Shown here one piece after another: positions 1 through 12,731 of a DNA stretch of 39,944 nt (the stretch's first letter is position 1; every line of letters begins with the position of its first letter). The stretch covers positions 1-39,944 of the forward strand of contig NW_026868513.1 of NCBI RefSeq assembly GCF_020745735.1, read 5' to 3'. Under the pieces are notes generated by a model, which was not told the DNA's origin, ran no database searches, and saw only the letters and a list, made by a program, of their open reading frames with translations. Source of the DNA: Hemiscyllium ocellatum. Taxonomy: Eukaryota. A program made the position numbers and the translations under genes.

Positions 1-672
1 GGATCTTGGTGTCCATGTACACAGATCTCTGAAAGTTGCCACCCAGGTAAATAGTGCTGTGAGGAGGCATATGGTGTACTGGGCTTTATTGGTAGAGGAA
101 TTGAGTTCCGGAGTCCTGAGGTCATGATGCAGTTGTATAAGACTCTGGTGCGGCCTATCTGGAGTATTGTGTGCAGTTTTGGTCGCCATACTATAGGAAG
201 GATGTGGAGGCATTGGAACGAGTGCAGAGGAGGTTTACCAGGATGTTGCCTGGCATGGTAGGAAGATCGTATGAGGAAAGGCTGAGGCACTTGGGGATGT
301 TTTCATTGGAGAAAGGAAGGTTTAGGGGTGACTTGATAGAGGTGTACAAGATGATTAGGGGTTAGATAGGATTGACAATGAGAACCTTTTTCCACGTATG
401 GAGTCAGCTATTACGAGGGGGCATAGCTTTAAATTGAGGGAGGTAGGTATAGAACAGATGTTAGGGGTAGATTCTTTACTCAGCGAGTCATGAGTTCATA
501 GAATGCCCTGCCAGCAGCAGTGGTGAACTCTCCCTCTTTATGGGTATTTAAACGGGCATTGGATAGGCATATGGAGGATAGTGGGCTAGTGTAGGTTAGG
601 TGGGCTTGGGTCGGCGCAACATCGAGGGCCAAAGGGTCTGTACTGCGCTGTATTTTTCTATGTTGTATGTTC
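1..672 (+). mobile_element. CR1/HER1-type LINE, 3' end (RT C-terminal region, 3'UTR, TTCTA/TGT tail)
   Basis: ORF 171-365 QFWSPYYRKDVEALERVQRRFTRMLPG..LGMFSLEKGRFRGDLIEVYKMIRG is the typical CR1 RT C-terminus; ends in ctgtatttttctatgttgtatgttcta. Confidence 0.9.
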
Positions 673-732
673 TAATACTGATTGGTTGTCACCAGGTTTT
701 AGTCCAAGGTTAAATACAGTCATAAAAGCATA

Positions 733-832
733 AAAGCTTTGACAAAGGGTCAGACTCGAAACATCAGCTCTTTTGTCTCCTTACAGATGCTGTCAGACCT
801 GCTGAGATTTTCCAGCATTTTCTCTTTTGGTT
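733..832 (+). mobile_element. Short Penelope-derived non-autonomous element (degenerate hammerhead core)
   Basis: ttgacaaagggtcagactcgaaacatcagc...gatgctgtcagacctgctgagattttccagcatttt; same family as the copies at 2.5, 14.8 and 32.2 kb. Confidence 0.65.
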
Positions 833-874
833 AAATACAGTCAGTTGCATCTGAGAGGCGGGTAGGATTCTGCA

Positions 875-1025
875 CCATAAGACCTTAGGGACGGATTTAG
901 GCTAATCGGTTCATCAACCTTGCCCACCATTTGATCATGGCAGATATTTTCCTCAACCTTATTCTCTCGTCTACTCCCCAGAACCTTTGATTCACTTACT
1001 AGTCAAAAACCTATCCATCTTTATC
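875..1025 (-). mobile_element. CR1 3' fragment, reverse strand
   Basis: ccataagac..ttgatcatggcagat..ccccagaacctttgatt..aaaaacctatccatc resembles the reverse complement of a CR1 3' region. Confidence 0.55.
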
Positions 1026-1119
1026 CACTCAACATTAATAGTAGAAATATTAGGGATAGCAGATTTGGGGCCATACTGCAGCATATGGTTAGTGGGCCTT
1101 GGAGGTAGATGCACCAGGA

Positions 1120-1480
1120 ATGAGAACGAATTTGGGATTGAGATGTGACCTCGTAGAGATTCATAAAACCATGAAGAATATTCTTAGGATTAATGGTAGG
1201 TATTTTTCCCTAGAACAGAGGATTTTAAGACAAGGGGAAGGTGTATATTTTTAAGGTAAGAGGAGGGAGATTGAAAAAAAGACGTGGGGGACAACATTTT
1301 TACACAGAATCTGGTTCGTGTGTGGAATTAACTTTCTGCGCAAGTGATGGATGTGGGCGCAGTTACAATGTTTAAAAGACACTTTGATAAGCACGTGAAT
1401 ACAAACGGTTTGCAGGAGCAGGCAGGTGGGGCTAATTTAGTTTGGTTTAGACTGCAGAGTCTGTCTCAATGCTGTATGAC
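1120..1480 (+). mobile_element. Degenerate CR1 3' fragment
   Basis: gagatgtgacctcgtagagattcataaaaccatg..tttttacacaga..gtgtggaattaac..acaatgtttaaaagacactttgataagcac, homologous to 330-580. Confidence 0.7.
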
Positions 1481-2399
1481 TACATAATTTAGAAGTTAAT
1501 TGCAGAAGATTTTTTTCTTTATCACTGAAACTAGCAATCATAACTTATGGTCTCACTCAGCTAATCTGAAATCAATAAATGGCAATCACACAAAGCTCAG
1601 CGCTGAGCAATAGAGTAAAGAAAACCGAATAGAAGTATCCCAGACAGGAAATGCATCATGTAAAAGCTTTTTCAGACCACACAGGTTTTGTTAAACGTGA
1701 ACTTGTACCCATCACCTAGAGCATGTAAAAGGAATGAACAGCAATAAACAGTGAAAGGAGACTGTGTTTTATGGAATTGTTAGTGAAGAATAGGAAACTC
1801 GGAGCAAGGAATGGGGAAGAAAGGGAATATACAATGAATTATGTTAAAGTGCCCAAGTCAGTGGATATGACAACTGGTTTAGCTAGATTACATCTCAAAA
1901 GTTTATGGAAACACATTACCAGATAGAAAGGTCTATGAAAGGATTATTTATAAATCAGCATGAGGAAGGACCTTTTGGATCAGGAAACTAAATACTTAAG
2001 TTTCTAGCAACGAATTGATATGACAACTGAAGAAGACCCAGGGCAAATAACTTAGTAATACAGAGCATCAACGACACTTAGCAGACTAAGTCTTTATTAA
2101 AAGTGTAGTGAAATGCTGTATAAGATATAAACCGGACTGGATGACATATGCAGTCATCAGATCGATTTGTTTAAACTTGGAGAATAGATTTTAAAAAATG
2201 ACAGTTTTCTTTAAAAGGAACCGCACAAAAGCCTATAATATGACACAACAAACATTCTATCTCCTGACGATGGTATCATGCTGAGGGTATCACACTTGGA
2301 GGAAAGAATGGGACTCATAGGATAATCGACTGGGTGAAGGTTACTGAAGAGTTTAAATCTGGTACACCAATAATATGAAGGAGGAGAAAGTGAAGGCTG

Positions 2400-2575
2400 T
2401 AGATCAGAATCAAGAATGTGGTGCTGGAAAAGCACAGTAGGTCAGGCAGCATCCGAGGAGCAGGAAAACCTTCATCAGGAATGGTGGTGAAGGGATTATG
2501 CCTGAAACGTCGATTCTCCTGCTCCTCAGATGCTGCCAGACCTGCTGTGCTTTTCCCAGCAACACACTCTCGAAA
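2400..2575. mobile_element. Head-to-head inverted pair of short Penelope-derived elements
   Basis: gtgctggaaaagcacagtaggtcaggcagcatccgaggagcaggaaaa (~2421-2468) is the reverse complement of ttctcctgctcctcagatgctgccagacctgctgtgcttttcccagca (~2515-2561). Confidence 0.75.
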
Positions 2576-2984
2576 TCAATAATATGAAACATGCCATGCA
2601 ATGTAATCCAAACTATTTGGAGGTACACTGTAAACAAGAACAGACTAAACCTTTAGCTCTGCAGGTCGATTCTCAAAGCACAATATTTTTCTTTGGCTTA
2701 TGCATTCATAACTGACCAGTAACCAACAAGTTAAGATTCTGTAATGGACCAAACTGGCTTCAGAGAAAATTCTGTGTTGTCACCACACACTGTGATGTCT
2801 GATGAATAAGATGCTCCAAACTGGAAATCCAAATCTGGGTAATTTCAACTGCTCAGAATGTGAATACTTGATAAGATGTGGTACTGGCACATTAGTTTCA
2901 TTTAGCTGCACTTGAAATGAAATTAACATGGGATCATGAGCCAGTTCCATCTATTCCACTATTTAAATGTTATCTCTACCAGTA

Positions 2985-5900
2985 ATGTGTCAGTGACAGT
3001 ACGGGATCTGTACTAGTACTGGGTTTGTGACAGAGTGGGGGGCCTGTACCCAGTACTGGGTCTGTGACAGTGTAGGGTCTGTGACAGCGTGGGGTCCGTA
3101 CCAGTACTAGATCTCTGAGAGTGTGGGGTCGGTACTAGAACTGGGTCTGTAACAGTGAGGGGTCTATACCAGTGCGGGGTTTCTGACAGTATGGGGTCAT
3201 TACCAGTACTGGGTCTCTGACAGTGTGGGGTCTGTACCAGTACTGGGTCTGTGACAGTGTGGGGTCTGTACCAGTACTGGATCTGTGACAGGGTAGGGTC
3301 TGTAGCAGTACTGGATCAGTGATAGTGCGGGGTTTGTACCAGTACTGGGTCTGTGAGAGTGTGGGGTCTGCATGGTACTGGGTCTGTGACAGTGTGGGGT
3401 CTGTACCAGTAGTGCATCTGTGACAGTGCGGTGTCTGTAGCAGTACTGGGTCTCTGACAGTGTGGGATCTGTACCGCACTGTGTCTCTACCAGTGTGGAG
3501 TCTGTACCAGTACTGGGTCTGTGTCAGTGTGGTGTCTGCACCAATGCTGCGTCTGTGACAGTACGGTGTCTGTAGCAGTACTGGGTCTCTGACAGTGTGG
3601 GATCTGTACCGCACTGTGTCTGTGACAGTGCAGAGTCTGTACCAGTGCTGGGTCAGTGTCGGTGTGAGGTCTGTATCTGTACTGGGTCTGCAACAGTGTG
3701 GAGTCTGTACCAGTACTGGGTCTGCGACAGTGCTGGGTCTGTACCAGAACTGGGTCTGTGACAGAGTGGGGTCTGCACCAGTGCTGGGTCTCTGACAGTG
3801 CGGGATCGGTAGCAGGACTGCATCTGTGAGAGTATAGAGAATGTACCAGTACTGGGTCTGTGTCGGTGTGGGGACTGTATCTGTACTGGGTATGTGACAG
3901 TGTAGAGTCTGTACCAGTACTGGGTCTCTGACAGTGTGGAGTGTGTACCAGTCCTGGGTCTGTGACAGTGAGGGGTCTGTACCAGTACTGGGTCTGTGAC
4001 ACTGCGGAATCTGTACGAGTACTGCATCTGTGACAGTATGGTGTCTGCACCATTACTGAGTCTGTGACAGTGTAGGGTCTATGACAGTGCGTGGTGGTAC
4101 CAGTACTAGATCTCCGACAGTGTGGGGTCGGTACTAGAACTGGATCTGTGATAGTGAAGGGTCTGTACCAGTGCGAGGTTTCAGACAGTACGGGGTCATT
4201 ACCAGTGCTGGATCTGTGATAGTGCGGGGTTTGTACCAGTACTGGGTCTGTGACAGTGTGGTGTCTGTACCAGTACTGGGTCTGTGACGGTGCAGAGTCT
4301 GTACCAGTACTGGGCCTGTAACAGTGTGGAGTCTGTACCAGTACTGGGCCTGTGACAGTGTGGAGTCTGTACCAATACTGTGTCTGCTACAGTGCGGTGT
4401 CTGCACCAGTGCTACGTCTGTGACAGTACGGTGTCTGTACCAGTACTGGGTCTCTGACAGTGCGGGATCTGTTCCGCACTGCGTCTATGACAGTGTGGGG
4501 TCTGTACCAGTACTGGGTCAGTGTCGGTGTGCGGTCTGTATCTGTACTGGGTCTGTGACAGTGAGGGGTCTGTACCATCACTGGGTATGTGAGAGTGTGG
4601 AGCCTGTACCAGTACTGGGTCTGCGACAGTGCTGGGTCTGTACCAGTACTGGGTCTCTGACAGTGCAGGATCGGTAGCAGGTCTGCGCCTGTGAGAGTAT
4701 AGAGACTGTACCAGTACTGGGTCTGTGTCGGTGTGGGGTCTGTATCTATACTGGTATGTGACAGTGTGGAGTCTGTACAATTACTGGGTTTCTGACAGTG
4801 TGGAGTCTGTACCAGTCCTGGGTCTGTGACAGTGAGGGGTCTGTACCAGTACTGGGTCTGTGACACTGCGGGGTCTGTACCAGTACTGGGTCTGTGACAG
4901 TTAGGGGTCTGTACCAGTACTGCGTCTTTTGGTGTGGGGTCTGTATCTGCACTTGGTCTGTGACAGTGTGGTGTCTGCACCAGTACTGAGTCTGTGACAG
5001 TGCAGGGTCTGTACCAGTACTGGGTCTGTGACAGTGTGGGGTCTGTACCAATGCTGGGTCTGTGACAGTGCGGGGTCTGTGACAGTACTGGATCAGTGAC
5101 AGTATCGGGTCTGTACCAGTATTGGGTATGTGATTGTGCGGATCTGTACTAGTACTGGATCTGTGACATTGTGGATTCTGTACCAGTAGTGCGTCTGCGA
5201 CAGTGTGGAGTCTGTACCAGTACTGGTTATGTGATAGTGTGGAGTCTGTAACAGTAGTAGACCTGCGACAGTGCTGGATCTGTACCAGTACTGGGTCTGT
5301 GTCGGTGTGGGGTCTGTAACTGTACTGGGTATGTGACAACATGGAGTCTGTACCAGTACTGTGTCTCTGCCAGTGAGGGGTCGGTACCAGTACTGGTTCT
5401 GTGACAGTGCAGAGTCTGTACCAGTGCTGGGCTTGTGACAGTGTGGAGTCTGTACCAGTGCTGGCTCTGTGACAGTGTGGAGGCTGTACCAGTACTGTGC
5501 CTGTGTGGAGCCTATACAACTACTGGATCAGTGACAGTGTGGAGTCTGCACCAGTACTGGGCCTGTGTCAGTGACGTGTCTGTACCAGTACTAGGTCTGT
5601 GACAGTGTGGAGTCTGCACCAGTACCGGATCTGTGGCAGTGAGGGGTCTGTACCAGTACTGGATCAGTGACAGTGTGGAGTCTGCACCAGTACTGGGCCT
5701 GTGTCAGTGACGTGTCTGTACCAGTACTGGGTCTGTGACAGTGTGGAGTCTGCACCAGTACCGGATCTGTGGCAGTGAGGGGTCTGTACCAGTACTGGGT
5801 TTGTGACAGTGCAGGGTCTGTACCGGTATTTGGTCTATGACAGTGCGGGGTCTGTACCATTACTGGGTCTGCAGCAGTGCAGAGATTGTACCAGTACGGT

Positions 5901-8900
5901 GTCTGTGACATTGTGGAGTCTGTAGCAGTAGTGGGTCTGTGACAGTGCAGAGTCTGTACCAATACTGTGTCTGCGACAGTGTGGTGTCTGCACCAGTGCT
6001 GCGTCTGTGACAGTGCAGAGTCTGTACCAATACTGTGTCTGCGACAGTGTGGTGTCTGCACCAGTGCTGCGTCTGTGACAGTACGGTGTCTGTACCAGTA
6101 CTGGGTCTCTGACAGTGCGGGATCCATTCCGCACTGCGTCTATGACAGTGCGGGATCTGTACCAGTACTGGGTCAGTGTCGGTGTGCGGTCTGTATCTGT
6201 ACTGGGTCTGTGACAGTGAGGGGTCTGTACCAGCACTGGGTATGTGAGAGTGTGGAGTCTGTACCAGTACTGGGTCTCTGACAGTGCGGGATCGGTAGCA
6301 GGTCTGCACCTGTGAGAGTATAGAGACTGTACCAGTACTGGGTCTGTGTCGGTGTGGGGTCTGTATCTATACTGGTATGTGTCAGTGTGGAGTCTGTACA
6401 ATTACTGGGTTTCTGACAGTGTGGAGTCTGTACCAGTCCTGGGTCTGTGACAGTGCGGGTTCTGTACCAGTACTGGGTCTGTGACAGTTAGGGGTCTGTG
6501 CCAGTACTGAGTCTGTTGGTGTGGGGTCTGTATCTGCACTTGGTCTGTGACAGTGTGGTGTCTGCACCAGTACTGGTTCTGCGACAGTGCAGGGTCTGTA
6601 CTCTTACTGGGTCTGTGACAGTGTGGAGTCTGTACCAGAGCTGGCTCTGTGACAGTGTGGAGGCTGTACCAGTACTGTGTCTGTGTCAATGAGGGTCTGT
6701 AGCAGTACTGGGTCTGTGACTGTGTGGAGTCTGCACCAGTACTGGGTCTGTGACAGTGCGGGGTCTGTACTCTTACTGGGTCTGTGACAGTGTGGAGTCT
6801 GTACCAGAGCTGGCTCTGTGACTGTGTGGAGCCTGTACCAGTACTTGGTATGCGATAGTGTGGAGTCTGTAACAGTAGTAGGTCTGCGACAGTATTGGGT
6901 CTGTACTAGTACTGGGTCTGTGTCGGTGTGGGGTCTGTAACTGTACCGGGTATGTGACAATATGGATTCTGTACCAGTACTGGGCCTGTGACTGTGTGGA
7001 GTCTGTACCAGTACTGTGCCTGTGACAGTGCAGGGTCTGTACCAGTACTGGGTCAGTGTCGGTGTGGGGCTGTATCTGTACTGGATATGTGACAGTGCGG
7101 AGTCTGTACCAGTATTGGGTCTCTGACAGTGTGGAGTCTGTACCAGTACTGGGTCTGTGACACTGCGGGATCTGTACCAGTACTGGGTCTGTGACAGTTA
7201 GGGGTCTGAACCAGTACTGCGTCTGTGACAGTACGGTGTCTGTGCCCGTACTGGATGTGTGAGAGTGAGGGGTCTGTACCAGAATTGGGTCTGTGACACT
7301 GCAGGGTCTGTACCAGTACTGGGTCTGTGATAGTGCAGGGTCTGTACCAGTACTAGGTGTGTGACAGTGCGGAGCCTGTACCAGTACTGGGTGTGTGACA
7401 GTGTGGTGTATGTACCAGTACAGGTCTCTGACGGTGTGGGATCTGTACTAGCACTGGGTCTGTGACAGTGTGGGGTTTGTACCAGTACTGGATCAGTGAC
7501 AGTGCAGGGTCTGTATCAGTACTGGACCAGTGACAGTTCGGGATCAGTACCAGTATTGGGTCTGTGACAGTGCAGGTTTGGACGAGTACTGGATCTGTGA
7601 CAGTGAAGAGTCTGTAGCAGAACTGGATCTGTGACAGTACGGTATCTGTACCAGTACTGGGTCTCTGACAGTGTGGAGTCTGTCCTCCTACTGGGTCTGT
7701 GACAGTGAGGGGTCTGTACCAGTACTGGGTCTGTGACAGTGAGGTGTCTGTACCAGTACTGGTGTGTGACAGTGAGGTGTCTGTACTAGTATTGTTTTTG
7801 TGACAGTGCAGGGTTTGTACCAGTACTGTGTCTGAGTCCGTGCAGAGTCTGTACCAGTACTGTGTCTGTAACATGGTGGAGTCTGTCCCAATACTGGGTC
7901 TCTGACAGTGTGGAGTCTGTACTCGTACTGGGTCTGTGACAGTGAGGGGTCTGTACCAGTACTGGGTGTGTGACAGTGAGGTGTTTGTACGAGTATTGGT
8001 TTTGTGACAGTGTGGTGTCTGTACCAGTAGTGGGTCTGCAACAGTGTTGGGCCTGTACCGGTACTGCATCTGTGACAGTATGGGGTCATTACAAGTACTG
8101 GGTCTGTGACAGTGTGGAGCCTGTACCAGTATTTGATCTATGACAGTGCGGGGACTCGACCAGTACTGGGTCTGACGCACTGCCGAGTCTGTACCAGTAC
8201 TAGGTCTGTGACATTGTGGAGTCTGTACCAGTACTGGGTCTGCGACAGTGTGGAGTCTGTACCAGTACTGGGTCTGCAGCAGTGCAGGACCTGTACCAGC
8301 ACTGGGTCTGTGACAGTGAGGGATCCGTTCCTACTGGGTCTGAGTCAGTGCTGTCGGTACCAGTACTGTGTCTGTGACACTGGGGAGTCTGTGCCAGTAG
8401 TGGGTTCGCGACAGTGTGGAGTAAGTACCAGTACAGGGTCTGCGACAGTGCCGGGTCTGTGCCAGTACTGGGTCTTTGACAGTGTGGGGTCTACACTAGT
8501 ATTGGGTCTGTGACAGTGTGGGGTCTGTACCAGTAGTGCATCTGGGACAGTGCGGGGTCTGGACCAGTACTGGGTCTGTGACATTCTGGAGTCTGTACCA
8601 GTAGTGGGTCTGCAACAATGTGGTGTCTGTACCAGTACAGGGTCTGTGCCAGTATTGGGTCTGTGACAGTGTGGAGTCTGCATCAGTACTGGGCCTGTGT
8701 CAGTGACGTGTCTGTACCAGTACTGGGTCTGTGACAGTGTGGAGTCTGCACCAGTACCGGATCTGTGGCAGTGAGGGGTCTGTACCAGTACTGGGTTTGT
8801 GACAGTGCAGGGTCTGTACCGGTATTTGGTCTATGACAGTGCGGGGTCTGTACCATTACTGGGTCTGCAGCAGTGCAGAGATTGTACCAGTACGGTGTCT

Positions 8901-11793
8901 GTGACATTGTGGAGTCTGTAGCAGTAGTGGGTCTGACAGTGCAGAGTCTGTACCAATACTGTGTCTGCGACAGTGTGGTGTCTGCACCAGTGCTGCGTCT
9001 GTGACAGTGCAGAGTCTGTACCAATACTGTGTCTGCGACAGTGTGGTGTCTGCACCAGTGCTGCGTCTGTGACAGTACGGTGTCTGTACCAGTACTGGGT
9101 CTCTGACAGTGCGGGATCCATTCCGCACTGCGTCTATGACAGTGCGGGATCTGTACCAGTACTGGGTCAGTGTCGGTGTGCGGTCTGTATCTGTACTGGG
9201 TCTGTGACAGTGAGGGGTCTGTACCAGCACTGGGTATGTGAGAGTGTGGAGTCTGTACCAGTACTGGGTCTCTGACAGTGCGGGATCGGTAGCAGGTCTG
9301 CGCCTGTGAGAGTATAGAGACTGTACCAGTACTGGGTCTGTGTCGGTGTGGGGTCTGTATCTATACTGGTATGTGTCAGTGTGGAGTCTGTACAATTACT
9401 GGGTTTCTGACAGTGTGGAGTCTGTACCAGTCCTGGGTCTGTGACAGTGCGGGTTCTGTACCAGTACTGGGTCTGTGACAGTTAGGGGTCTGTGCCAGTA
9501 CTGAGTCTGTTGGTGTGGGGTCTGTATCTGCACTTGGTCTGTGACAGTGTGGTGTCTGCACCAGTACTGGTTCTGCGACAGTGCAGGGTCTGTACTCTTA
9601 CTGGGTCTGTGACAGTGTGGAGTCTGTACCAGAGCTGGCTCTGTGACAGTGTGGAGGCTGTACCAGTACTGTGTCTGTGTCAATGAGGGTCTGTAGCAGT
9701 ACTGGGTCTGTGACTGTGTGGAGTCTGCACCAGTACTGGGTCTGTGACAGTGCGGGGTCTGTACTCTTACTGGGTCTGTGACAGTGTGGAGTCTGTACCA
9801 GAGCTGGCTCTGTGACTGTGTGGAGCCTGTACCAGTACTTGGTATGCGATAGTGTGGAGTCTGTAACAGTAGTAGGTCTGCGACAGTATTGGGTCTGTAC
9901 TAGTACTGGGTCTGTGTCGGTGTGGGGTCTGTAACTGTACCGGGTATGTGACAATATGGATTCTGTACCAGTACTGGGCCTGTGACTGTGTGGAGTCTGT
10001 ACCAGTACTGTGCCTGTGACAGTGCAGGGTCTGTACCAGTACTGGGTCAGTGTCGGTGTGGGGCTGTATCTGTACTGGATATGTGACAGTGCGGAGTCTG
10101 TACCAGTATTGGGTCTCTGACAGTGTGGAGTCTGTACCAGTACTGGGTCTGTGACACTGCGGGATCTGTACCAGTACTGGGTCTGTGACAGTTAGGGGTC
10201 TGAACCAGTACTGCGTCTGTGACAGTACGGTGTCTGTGCCCGTACTGGATGTGTGAGAGTGAGGGGTCTGTACCAGAATTGGGTCTGTGACACTGCAGGG
10301 TCTGTACCAGTACTGGGTCTGTGATAGTGCAGGGTCTGTACCAGTACTAGGTGTGTGACAGTGCGGAGCCTGTACCAGTACTGGGTGTGTGACAGTGTGG
10401 TGTATGTACCAGTACAGGTCTCTGACGGTGTGGGATCTGTACTAGCACTGGGTCTGTGACAGTGTGGGGTTTGTACCAGTACTGGATCAGTGACAGTGCA
10501 GGGTCTATCAGTACTGGACCAGTGACAGTTCGGGATCAGTACCAGTATTGGGTCTGTGACAGTGCAGGTTTGGACGAGTACTGGATCTGTGACAGTGAAG
10601 AGTCTGTAGCAGAACTGGATCTGTGACAGTACGGTATCTGTACCAGTACTGGGTCTCTGACAGTGTGGAGTCTGTCCTCCTACTGGGTCTGTGACAGTGA
10701 GGGGTCTGTGCCAGTACTGGGTCTGTGACAGTGAGGTGTCTGTACCAGTACTGGTGTGTGACAGTGAGGTGTCTGTACTAGTATTGTTTTTGTGACAGTG
10801 CAGGGTTTGTACCAGTACTGTGTCTGAGTCCGTGCAGAGTCTGTACCAGTACTGTGTCTGTAACATGGTGGAGTCTGTCCCAATACTGGGTCTCTGACAG
10901 TGTGGAGTCTGTACTCGTACTGGGTCTGTGACAGTGAGGGGTCTGTACCAGTACTGGGTGTGTGACAGTGAGGTGTTTGTACGAGTATTGGTTTTGTGAC
11001 AGTGTGGTGTCTGTACCAGTAGTGGGTCTGCAACAGTGTTGGGCCTGTACCGGTACTGCATCTGTGACAGTATGGGGTCATTACAAGTACTGGGTCTGTG
11101 ACAGTGTGGAGCCTGTACCAGTATTTGATCTATGACAGTGCGGGGACTCGACCAGTACTGGGTCTGACGCACTGCCGAGTCTGTACCAGTACTTGGTCTG
11201 TGACATTATGGAGTCTGTACCAGTACTGGGTCTGCGACAGTGTGGAGTCTGTACCAGTACTGGGTCTGCAGCAGTGCAGGACCTGTACCAGCACTGGGTC
11301 TGTGATAGTGAGGGATCCGTTCCTACTGGGTCTGAGTCAGTGCTGTCGGTACCAGTACTGTGTCTGTGACACTGGGGAGTCTGTGCCAGTAGTGGGTTCG
11401 CGACAGTGTGGAGTAAGTACCAGTACAGGGTCTGCGACAGTGCCGGGTCTGTGCCAGTACTGGGTCTTTGACAGTGTGGGGTCTACACTAGTATTGGGTC
11501 TGTGACAGTGTGGGGTCTGTACCAGTAGTGCATCTGGGACAGTGCGGGGTCTGGACCAGTACTGGGTCTGTGACATTCTGGAGTCTGTACCAGTAGTGGG
11601 TCTGCAACAATGTGGTGTCTGTACCAGTACAGGGTCTGTGCCAGTATTGGGTCTGTGACAGTGTGGAGTCCGTACCAGTACTGTGTCTGCGACAGTGCAG
11701 GGTCTGTACCAGTACTGGATCAGTGACAGTTAGGAGTCTGTACCAGTACTGGATCTGTGACAGTGAAGGGTCTGTAGCGGAACTGGATCTGTG
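2985..11793. repeat. 34-bp satellite array (~8.8 kb), consensus GTCTGTACCAGTACTGG-GTCTGTGACAGTGTGGA
   Basis: Unit read directly from the sequence; made of two related 17-mers; generates the many overlapping low-complexity TDPVLVQTPHCHRPS/LSQTQYWYR ORFs in all frames. Confidence 0.97.
5680..11670. repeat. Higher-order tandem duplication of ~2,994-2,996 bp inside the satellite
   Basis: Identical ORFs recur at a fixed offset (5967/8961, 6382/9376, 6604/9598) with a few SNPs. Confidence 0.9.
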
Positions 11794-12480
11794 ATGGTAG
11801 AGTGGGTGAGTACCATGCCTCTAGGAATTCCCTGGCTGTTTTCTGTTTGGCTTGTCCTATAATAGTAGTGTTGTCCCAGTTGACCTCATGTTGATTGTCA
11901 TCCACGTGTGTGACTACTAAGGATAGCTGGTTGTGTCGTTTCGTGGCTAGTTGGTGTTCATGGGTACGGATCGTTAGCTGTCTTCCTGTTTGTCATACCC
12001 AGCATGAGCCAAAACAACGTAGAGTACAAAATCTCATGCAAGGACTGCACAAAACACTACACAGGACAAACAGGAAGACAGCTAACAATTCGTATCCATG
12101 AACACCAACTAGCCACGAAACGACACAACCAGCTATCCTTAGTAGCCACACACGCAAATGACACGCAACATGAGTTCGACTGGAACAACACTACTATTAT
12201 AGGACAAGCTAAACAGAGAACAGCCAGGGAATTCCTAGAGGCATGGCACTCACCCACAGATTCTATCAACAAACACATCGACCTGGACCCAATATAACCG
12301 GCCACTGCAACGGACAGCAACTGACAACCGAAAGCGACAGATTCAAACCACGATAAATGCCGGAGGAAACATCACAGAAGCGCTTCACCGGAGGCTCCCA
12401 AGCACTGAGTATGTCACCTAGACAGGGGACGAAACGTCTGCAACACAAATTCCCAGCTCGGCGATCAGAATCTCAACACT
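11794..12480 (+). mobile_element. Penelope-like element, 5'-truncated, with GIY-YIG endonuclease fragment, 3' pLTR-like end and an inverted 5' segment
   Basis: ORF 12004-12297 NNVEYKISCKDCTKHYTGQTGRQLTIRIHEH is a PLE GIY-YIG motif; 11802-11994 is an inverted copy of 12065-12257; hammerhead-like ctgagta..gaaacgtc at 12405-12438. Confidence 0.9.
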
Positions 12481-12731
12481 CTACTGGATATGTGACACTG
12501 CAGCATCTGTATCAGTACTGGGTCTGAGACAGTGCTGGGTCTGTATCAGTACTCGATCTGTGACAGTGCGGGGTCTGTATCAGTACTGGGTCTGAGACAG
12601 TGCGGGGTCTGTATCAGTACTGCGTCTGAGACAGTGCTGGGTCTGTATCAGTACTGCGTCTGAGACAGTGCTGGGTCTGTATCAGTACTGGATCTGTGAC
12701 AGTGCGGGGTCTGTGCCAGTACTGGGTCTGG
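12481..12731. repeat. Distal block of the 34-bp satellite (variant unit gtctgtatcagtactgggtctgagacagtgc)
   Basis: Direct reading; about 7 units. Confidence 0.9.

Noticed and set aside
2985-11793. CRISPR-like or RSS-like array (gacagtg / cacactg heptamer look-alikes)
   Set aside because: No unique spacers, eukaryotic context, no cas genes; no ACAAAAACC nonamer at 12/23 spacing and no adjacent gene segments
3135-11905. Many long overlapping ORFs (up to 326 aa) rich in T/Q/P/H/C
   Set aside because: They are translations of the 34-bp satellite in all frames, with no domain signature or splice structure
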